Assembly: GCA_040954595.2 (NCBI GenBank)
Contig: CM082590.2
Coordinates: 2,790,001 to 2,854,000 of the forward strand
Origin: Balanoglossus misakiensis
Lineage: Eukaryota > Animalia > Hemichordata
Reading direction: 5' to 3'
Length of the DNA: 64,000 nt
The notes beneath the pieces were generated by a model that ran no database searches, was not told the origin of the DNA, and saw only the letters and a list, made by a program, of their open reading frames with translations. Made by a program: the position numbers and the translations under genes. Of this stretch, positions 54,601 through 64,000 are shown piece by piece. Numbering within the stretch: position 1 is the first letter of the stretch; each line of letters begins with the position of its first letter.

Positions 54601-57540
54601 ATGGTTGCTTCCAAACAGCCTCGTTTATTTACCGAATTCTGTTGTGAGGCGCAGAGCACGTAATAGGCCTATGCGCATAAGAAAGTTTTCCACCAGACTC
54701 CGTAGATCGACGGATAGTTGTAAAATTTCCATGGTTGTTTCCAAACACAGCCTCGTTCATTTACAAAATTCTGTTGTTATGCGCTGAACACATACATATG
54801 CCTATGCGCATAAGAAAGTTTCCACTAGACTCTGTAGATCGACGGATTGTTCTAAAATTTCCATGATTGCTTCCAAACACATCCTCGATTATTTACAAAA
54901 TTCTGTTGTGATGCGCAGAACACATAGATAGGCCTATGCGCATATGAACGTTTTCCACTATACACTGTAGATCGAGAGATAGTTCTAAAACTTCCATGTT
55001 TGCTTCCAAACAGCCTCGTTTATATGCGGAATTCTGTTTTGAGGCGCAGAACACATAGATAGGCATATGTGAATAAGAAAGTTTTCACTATAGACTCTGT
55101 AGATCGAGAGATAGTTGTAAAATTTCCATGGTTGCTTCCAAACAGCCTCGTTTATTTACCGATTTCTGTTGTGAGGCGCAGAACACATAGATAGGCCTAT
55201 GCGCATAAAAAACTTTTCAACTTTAGATCAACGGATAGTTCAAAAATTTCCATGGTTGTTTCCAAACAGCCTCGTTTATTTACCGAATTCTGTTGTGATG
55301 CGTAGAACACATACATATGCCTATGCGCATAAGAAAGTTTTCCACTAGACTCCGTAGATCGACGAATAGTTCTAAAATGTCCATGGTTGCTTCCAAACAA
55401 AGCCTGGTTTGTTTACAAAATTCTGTTGTGATGCGCAGAACACATAGATAGGCCTATGCGCATATGAACGTTTTCCACTATACTCTGTAGATCGAGAGTT
55501 AGTTCTAAAATTTCCATGTTTGCTTCCAAACAGCCTCGTTTATTTACGGAATTCTGTTTTGAGGCGCAGAACACATAGATAGGCATATGTGCATAAGAAA
55601 GTTTTCGACTATAGACTCTGTACATCGAGAGATAGTTCTAAAATTTCCATGGTTGCTTCCAAACACAGCCTCGTTTGTTTACAAAATTCTGTTGTGATGC
55701 GCAGAACACATATATAGGCCTATGCGCATAAGAACGTTTTCCACTAGACTCTGTAGATCGACGGATAGTTCTAAAATTTCCATGGTTGCTTCCAAACAGC
55801 CTCGTTTATTTACCGAATTCTGTTGTGAGGCACAAAACACATAGATAGGCCTATGTGCATAAGAAAGTTTTCCACTATAGACTCTGTAGATCGAGAGATA
55901 GTTCTAAAATGTCCATGGTTGCTTTCAAACACAGCCTCGTTTGTTTACAAAATTCTTTTGTGATGCGCAGAACACATATATAGGCCTATGCGCATAAGAA
56001 CGTTTTCCACTAGACTCTGTAGATCGACGGATAGTTGTAAAATTTCCATGGTTGCTTCCAAACAGCCTCGTTTATTTACCGAATTCTGTTGTGAGGCGCA
56101 GAGCACGTAATAGGCCTATGCGCATAAGAAAGTTTTCCACCAGACTCCGTAGATCGACGGATAGTTGTAAAATTTCCATGGTTGTTTCCAAACACAGCCT
56201 CGTTCATTTACAAAATTCTGTTGTTATGCGCTGAACACATACATATGCCTATGCGCATAAGAAAGTTTCCACTAGACTCTGTAGATCGACGGATTGTTCT
56301 AAAATTTCCATGATTGCTTCCAAACACATCCTCGATTATTTACAAAATTCTGTTGTGATGCGCAGAACACATAGATAGGCCTATGCGCATATGAACGTTT
56401 TCCACTATACACTGTAGATCGAGAGATAGTTCTAAAACTTCCATGTTTGCTTCCAAACAGCCTCGTTTATATGCGGAATTCTGTTTTGAGGCGCAGAACA
56501 CATAGATAGGCATATGTGAATAAGAAAGTTTTCCACTATAGACTCTGTAGATCGAGAGATAGTTGTAAAATTTCCATGGTTGCTTCCAAACAGCCTCGTT
56601 TATTTACCGATTTCTGTTGTGAGGCGCAGAACACATAGATAGGCCTATGCGCATAAAAAACTTTTCAACTTTAGATCAACGGATAGTTCAAAAATTTCCA
56701 TGGTTGTTTCCAAACAGCCTCGTTTATTTACCGAATTCTGTTGTGATGCGTAGAACACATACATATGCCTATGCGCATAAGAAAGTTTTCCACTAGACTC
56801 CGTAGATCGACGAATAGTTCTAAAATGTCCATGGTTGCTTCCAAACAAAGCCTGGTTTGTTTACAAAATTCTGTTGTGATGCGCAGAACACATAGATAGG
56901 CCTATGCGCATATGAACGTTTTCCACTATACTCTGTAGATCGAGAGTTAGTTCTAAAATTTCCATGTTTGCTTCCAAACAGCCTCGTTTATTTACGGAAT
57001 TCTGTTTTGAGGCGCAGATCACATAGATAGGCATATGTGCATAAGAAAGTTTTCGACTATAGACTCTGTACATCGAGAGATAGTTCTAAAATTTCCATGG
57101 TTGCTTCCAAACACAGCCTCGTTTGTTTACAAAATTCTGTTGTGATGCGCAGAACACATATATAGGCCTATGCGCATAAGAACGTTTTCCACTAGACTCT
57201 GTAGATCGACGGATAGTTCTAAAATTTCCATGGTTGCTTCCAAACAGCCTCGTTTATTTACCGAATTCTGTTGTGAGGCACAAAACACATAGATAGGCCT
57301 ATGTGCATAAGAAAGTTTTCCACTATAGACTCTGTAGATCGAGAGATAGTTCTAAAATGTCCATGGTTGCTTTCAAACACAGCCTCGTTTGTTTACAAAA
57401 TTCTTTTGTGATGCGCAGAACACATATATAGGCCTATGCGCATAAGAACGTTTTCCACTAGACTCTGTAGATCGACGGATAGTTGTAAAATTTCCATGGT
57501 TGCTTCCAAACAGCCTCGTTTATTTACCGAATTCTGTTGT
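54600..57540 (+). repeat. Tandem duplication, period 1447-1448 bp (11 monomers)
   Basis: ORF pairs 54605/56052, 55197/56645 and 55413/56861. Shared TTTTCGACTAT, GGCACAAAACAC and TTATATGCGG variants. Confidence 0.88.
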
Positions 57541-58809
57541 GAGGCACAGAACACATAGATAGGCCTATGTGCATAAGAAAGTTTTCCACTATAGACTCTG
57601 TAGATCGAGAGATAGTTCTAAAATGTCCATGGTTGCTTCCAAACACAGCCTCGTTTGTTTACAAAATTCTGTTGTGATGCGCAGAACACATATATAGGCC
57701 TATGCGCATAATAACGTTTTCCACTAGACTCTGTAGATTCGACGGATAGTTGTAAAATTTCCATGGTTGCTTCCAAACAGCCTCGTTAATTTACCGAATT
57801 CTGTTGTGAGGCGCAGAACACATAGATAGGCATATGTGCATAAGAAAGTTTTCCACTATAGACTCTGTAGATCGAGAGATAGTTCTAAAATGTCCATGGT
57901 TGCTACCAAACACAGCCTCGTTTGTTTACAAAATTCTGTTGTGATGCGCAGAACACATATATAGGCCTATGCGCTTAAGAACGTTTCCACTAGACTCTGT
58001 AGATCGACGGATAGCTATACAATTTCCATGGTTGCTTCCAAACAGCCTCGTTTATTTACCGATTTCTGTTGTGAGGCGCAGAACACATGATAGGCCTATG
58101 CGCATAAGAAAGTTTTCCACCAGACTCCGTAGATCGACGGATAGTTGTAAAATTTCCATGGTTGTTTCCAAACACAGCCTCGTTCATTTACAAAATTCTG
58201 TTGTTATGCGCTCAACACATACATATGCCTATGCGCATAAGAAAGTTTCCACTAGACTCTGTAGATCGACGGATAGTTCTAAAATTTCCATGATTGCTTC
58301 CAAACACATCCTCGATTATTTACAAAATTCTGTTGTGATGCGCAGAACACATAGATAGGCCTATGCGCATATGAACGTTTTCCACTATACACTGTAGATC
58401 GAGAGATAGTTCTAAAACTTCCATGTTTGCTTCCAAACAGCCTCGTTTATTTGCGGAAATCTGTTTTGAGGCGCAGAACACATAGATAGGCATATGTGAA
58501 TAAGAAAGTTTTCCACTTTAGATCAACGGATAGTTCAAAAATTTCCATGGTTGTTTCCAAACAGCCTCGTTTATTTACCGAATTCTGTTGTGATGCGTAG
58601 AACACATACATATGCCTATGCGCATAAGAAAGTTTTCCACTAGACTCCGTAGATCGACGAATAGTTCTAAAATGTCCATGGTTGCTTCCAAACAAAGCCT
58701 GGTTTGTTTACAAAATTCTGTTGTGATGCGCAGAACACATAGATAGGCCTATGCGCATATGAACGTTTTCCACTATACTCTGTAGATCGAGAGTTAGTTC
58801 TAAAATTTC

Positions 58810-61800
58810 CATGTTTGCTTCCAAACAGCCTCGTTTATTTACGGAATTCTGTTTTGAGGCGCAGAACACATAGATAGGCATATGTGCATAAGAAAGTTTT
58901 CCACTATAGACTCTGTAGATCGAGAGATAGTTCTGAAATTTCCATGGTTGCTTCCAAACACAGCCTCGTTTGTTTACAAAATTCTGTTGTGATGCGCAGA
59001 ACACATATATAGGCCTATGCGCATAAGAACGTTTTCCACTAGACTCTGTAGATCGACGGATAGTTCTAAAATTTCCATGGTTGCTTCCAAACAGCCTCGT
59101 TTATTTACCGAATTCTGTTGTGAGGCACAGAACACATAGATAGGCCTATGTGCATAAGAAAGTTTTCCACTATAGACTCTGTAGATCGAGAGATAGTTCT
59201 AAAATGTCCATGGTTGCTTTCAAACACAGCCTCGTTTGTTTACAACATTCTTTTGTGATGCGCAGAACACATATATAGGCCTATGCGCATAAGAACGTTT
59301 TCCACTAGACTCTGTAGATCGACGGATAGTTGTAAAATTTCCATGGTTGCTTCCAAACAGCCTCGTTTATTTACCGAATTCTGTTGTGAGGCACAGAACA
59401 CATAGATAGGCCTATGTGCATAAGAAAGTTTTCCACTATAGACTCTGTAGATCGAGAGATAGTTCTAAAATGTCCATGGTTACTTCCAAACACAGCCTCG
59501 TTTGTTTACAAAATTCTGTTGTGATGCGCAGAACACATATATAGGCCTATGCGCATAATAACGTTTTCCACTAGACTCTGTAGATCGACGGATAGTTGTA
59601 AAATTTCCATGGTTGCTTCCAAACAGCCTCGTTTATTTACCGAATTCTGTTGTGAGGCGCAGAACACATAGATAGGCATATGTGCATAAGAAAGTTTTCC
59701 ACTATAGACTCTGTAGATCGAGAGATAGTTCTAAAATGTCCATGGTTGCTACCAAACACAGCCTCGTTTGTTTACAAAATTCTGTTGTGATGCGCAGAAC
59801 ACATATATAGGCCTATGCGCATAAGAACGTTTCCACTAGACTCTGTAGATCGACGGATAGCTATACAATTTCCATGGTTGCTTCCAAACAGCCTCGTTTA
59901 TTTACCGATTTCTGTTGTGAGGCGCAGAACACATGATAGGCCTATGCGCATGAGACATTTTTCCACTAGACTCTGTAGATCGACGGATAGTTGTAAAATT
60001 TCATGGTTGCTTCCAAATACAGCCTCGTTTATTTACCGATTTCTGTTGTGATGCGCATAACACATAGATAGGCCTATGCGCATAAGAACGTTTTCCACTA
60101 GACTTTGTAGATCGACGGATAGTTGTACAATGTCCATGGTTGCTTCCAAACAGCCTCGTTTATTTACCGAATTGTGTTGTGAGGCGCAGAACACGTAATA
60201 GGTCTATGCGCATAAGGAAGTTTTCCACCAGACTCTGTAGATCGACGGATAGTTGTACAATTTCCATGGTTGCTTCCAAACAGCCTCGTTTATTTACCGA
60301 TTTCTGTTGTGAGGCGCAGAACACATGATAGGCCTATGCGCATAAGACATTTTTCCACTAGACTCTGTAGATCGACGGATAGTTCTAAAATTTCCATGGT
60401 TGCTTCCAAACAGCCTCGTTTATTTACCGAATTCTGTTGTGAGGTGCAGAGCACGTAATAGGCCTATGCGCATAAGAAAGTTTTCCACCAGACTCTGTAG
60501 ATCGACGGATAGTTGTAAAATTTCCATGGTTGCTTCTAAACAGCCTCGTTTATTTACCGATTTCTGTTGTGATGCGCAGAACACATAGATAGGCATATGT
60601 GCATAAAAAAGTTTTCCACTAGACTCTGTAGATCGAGAGATAGTTCTAAAATTTCCATGGTTGCTTCCAAACAGCCTCGTTTATTTACGGAATTCTGTTT
60701 TGAGGCGCAGAACACATAGATAGGCATATGTGCATAAGAAAGTTTTCCACTATAGACTCTGTACATCGAGAGATAGTTCTAAAATTTCCATGGTTGCTTC
60801 CAAACACAGCCTCGTTTGTTTACAAAATTCTGTTGTGATGCGCAGAACACATATATAGGCCTATGCGCATAAGAACGTTTTCCACTAGACTCTGTAGATC
60901 GACGGATAGTTCTAAAATTTCCATGGTTGCTTCCAAACAGCCTCGTTTATTTACCGAATTCTGTTGTGAGGCACAGAACACATAGATAGGCCTATGTGCA
61001 TAAGAAAGTTTTCCACTATAGACTCTGTAGATCGAGAGATAGTTCTAAAATGTCCATGGTTGCTTTCAAACACAGCCTCGTTTGTTTACAACATTCTTTT
61101 GTGATGCGCAGAACACATATATAGGCCTATGCGCATAAGAACGTTTTCCACTAGACTCTGTAGATCGACGGATAGTTGTAAAATTTCCATGGTTGCTTCC
61201 AAACAGCCTCGTTTATTTACCGAATTCTGTTGTGAGGCACAGAACACATAGATAGGCCTATGTGCATAAGAAAGTTTTCCACTATAGACTCTGTAGATCG
61301 AGAGATAGTTCTAAAATGTCCATGGTTGCTTCCAAACACAGCCTCGTTTGTTTACAAAATTCTGTTGTGATGCGCAGAACACATATATAGGCCTATGCGC
61401 ATAATAACGTTTTCCACTAGACTCTGTAGATCGACGGATAGTTGTAAAATTTCCATGGTTGCTTCCAAACAGCCTCGTTTATTTACCGAATTCTGTTGTG
61501 AGGCGCAGAACACATAGATAGGCATATGTGCATAAGAAAGTTTTCCACTATAGACTCTGTAGATCGAGAGATAGTTCTAAAATGTCCATGGTTGCTACCA
61601 AACACAGCCTCGTTTGTTTACAAAATTCTGTTGTGATGCGCAGAACACATATATAGGCCTATGCGCATAAGAACGTTTCCACTAGACTCTGTAGATCGAC
61701 GGATAGCTATACAATTTCCATGGTTGCTTCCAAACAGCCTCGTTTATTTACCGATTTCTGTTGTGAGGCGCAGAACACATGATAGGCCTATGCGCATGAG

Positions 61801-61990
61801 ACATTTTTCCACTAGACTCTGTAGATCGACGGATAGTTGTAAAATTTCATGGTTGCTTCCAAATACAGCCTCGTTTATTTACCGATTTCTGTTGTGATGC
61901 GCATAACACATAGATAGGCCTATGCGCATAAGAACGTTTTCCACTAGACTTTGTAGATCGACGGATAGTTGTACAATGTCCATGGTTGCT
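58810..61990 (+). repeat. Higher-order duplication, offset 1846 bp (14 monomers)
   Basis: ORF pair 59815/61661. Shared TACAACATTCTTTT (~59241/61087) and AGCTATACAA variants. Boundaries are approximate. Confidence 0.82.
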
Positions 61991-64000
61991 TCCAAACAGC
62001 CTCGTTTATTTACCGAATTCTGTTGTGAGGTGCAGAGCACGTAATAGGCCTATGCGCATAAGAAAGTTTTCCACCAGACTCTGTAGATCGACGGATAGTT
62101 GTAAAATTTCCATGGTTGCTTCTAAACAGCCTCGTTTATTTACCGATTTCTGTTGTGATGCGCAGAACACATAGATAGGCATATGTGCATAAAAAAGTTT
62201 TCCACTAGACTCTGTAGATCGAGAGATAGTTCTAAAATTTCCATGGTTGCTTCCAAACACAGCCTCGTTTGTTTACAAAATTCTGTTGTGATGCGCAGAA
62301 CACATATATAGGCCTATGCGCATAATAACGTTTTCCACTAGACTCTGTAGATCGACGGATAGTTGTAAAATTTCCATGGTTGCTTCCAAACAAAGCCTCG
62401 TTTGTTTACAAAATTCTGTTGTGATGTGCATAACACATGATAGGCCTATGCGCACATGAACGTTTTTCCACTAGACTCTGTAGATCGAGAGATAGTTCTA
62501 AAATGTCCATGGTTGCTACCAAACACAGCCTCGTTTGTTTACAAAATTCTGTTGTGATGCGCAGAACACATATATAGGCCTATGCGCATAAGAACGTTTC
62601 CACTAGACTCTGTAGATCGACGGATAGCTGTAAAATTTCCATGGTTGCTTCCAAACAGCCTCGTTTATTTACCGATTTCTGTTGTGAGGCGCAGAACACA
62701 TGATAGGCCTATGCGCATGAGACATTTTTCCACTAGACTCTGTAGATCGACGGATAGTTGTAAAATTTCATGGTTGCTTCCAAATACAGCCTCGTTTATT
62801 TAGCGATTTCTGTTGTGATGCGCATAACACATAGATAGGCCTATGCGCATAAGAACGTTTTCCACTAGACTTTGTAGATCGACGGATAGTTGTACAATGT
62901 CCATGGTTGCTTCCAAACAGCCTCGTTTATTTACCGAATTCTGTTGTGAGGCGCAGAACACGTAATAGGTCTATGCGCATAAGGAAGTTTTCCACCAGAC
63001 TCTGTAGATCGACGGATAGTTGTAAAATTTCATGGTTGCTTCCAAATACAGCCTCGTTTATTTACCGATTTCTGTTGTGATGCGCATAACACATAGATAG
63101 GCCTATGCGCATAAGAACGTTTTCCACTAGACTCTGTAGATCGACGGAAAGTTGTACAATTTCCATGGTTGCTTCCAAACAGCCTCGTTTATTTACCGAT
63201 TTCTGTTGTGAGGCACAGAACACATGATAGGCCTATGCGCATAAGACATTTTTCCGCTAGACTCTGTAGATCGACGGATAGTTCTAAAATTTCCATGGTT
63301 GCTTCCAAACAGCCTCGTTTATTTACCGAATTCTGTTATGAGGCGCAGAGCACGTAATAGGCCTATGCGCATAAGAAAGTTTTCCACCAGACTCTGTAGA
63401 TCGACGGATAGTTGTAAAATTTCCATGGTTGCTTCCAAACAGCCTCGTTTATTTACCGATTTCTGTTGTGATGCGCAGAACACATAGATAGGCATATGTG
63501 CATAATAAAGTTTTCCACTAGACTCTGTAGATCGAGAGATAGTTCTAAAATTTCCATGGTTGCTTCCAAACACAGCCTCGTTTGTTTACAAAATTCTGTT
63601 GTGATGCGCAGAACACATATATAGGCCTATGCGCATAATAACGTTTTCCACTAGACTCTGTAGATCGACGGATAGTTGTAAAATTTCCATGGTTGCTTCC
63701 AAACAGCCTCGTTTATTTACCGAATTCTGTTGTGAGGCGCAGAACACATAGATAGGCATATGTGCATAAGAAAGTTTTCCACTATAGACTCTGTAGATCG
63801 AGAGATAGTTCTAAAATGTCCATGGTTGCTTCCAAACACAGCCTCGTTTATTTACCGATTTCTGTTGTGATGCGCATAACACATAGATAGGCCTATGCGC
63901 ATAAGAACGTTTTCCACTAGACTCTGTAGATCGACGGATAGTTGTACAATTTCCATGGTTGCTTCCAAACAGCATCGTTTATTTACCGAATTCTGTTGTG

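Larger units (their letters stand above)
2737..64000. repeat. Satellite DNA array with ~131-bp monomer, head-to-tail, single orientation, running off the window end
   Basis: The motifs TAGGCCTATGCGCATAAG, TAGACTCTGTAGATCG, CCATGGTTGCTTCCAAAC and CTGTTGTGA recur every 130-135 bp from 2737 (ATGCGCAGAACAC) to 64000. Near-identical ORF translations recur at 130-bp steps (52510, 52640, 52770, 52900, 53030, 53160, 53290). No non-satellite insertion or inversion was seen. Confidence 0.99.

Noticed and set aside
2644-63573. Numerous 60-130 aa ORFs (MLPNSLVYLP..., MFGSNHGNF...)
   Set aside because: They are translations of the satellite. Monomer lengths are mostly not multiples of three, frames shift and stop every 1-3 monomers, many start at TTG, and no recognisable domain is present.
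2737-64000. CRISPR-like array
   Set aside because: There are no unique spacers and no cas genes. The entire 131-bp unit repeats.

Overview
This window is eukaryotic, probably animal, non-coding DNA, and no credible protein-coding gene, RNA gene or CRISPR array is visible. Bases 1-2736 are an AT-rich non-satellite flank. It holds MITE-like G/C-run fragments, a 23-bp minisatellite partly duplicated as a 140-bp direct repeat, YY1-like and CTCF-like motifs, and an inverted repeat ending just before the array. From 2737 to the window end runs an uninterrupted, single-orientation satellite array with a ~131-bp monomer (mostly 130-135 bp; about 465 copies by length/131.5). Consensus: ATGCGCAGAACACATAGATAGGCCTATGCGCATAAGAAAGTTTTCCACTAGACTCTGTAGATCGACGGATAGTTCTAAAATTTCCATGGTTGCTTCCAAACAGCCTCGTTTATTTACCGAATTCTGTTGTG. 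The array is layered: a distinct edge zone (~2.7-8.9 kb), an A/B dimer pattern (265-266 bp), and many local higher-order duplications with offsets of 390-4989 bp. It also has microhomology-mediated out-of-register junctions and a diverged multi-monomer cassette that recurs about 15 times. The ORFs inside the array are translations of the repeat. Species, satellite family and centromeric function cannot be determined from the sequence alone.
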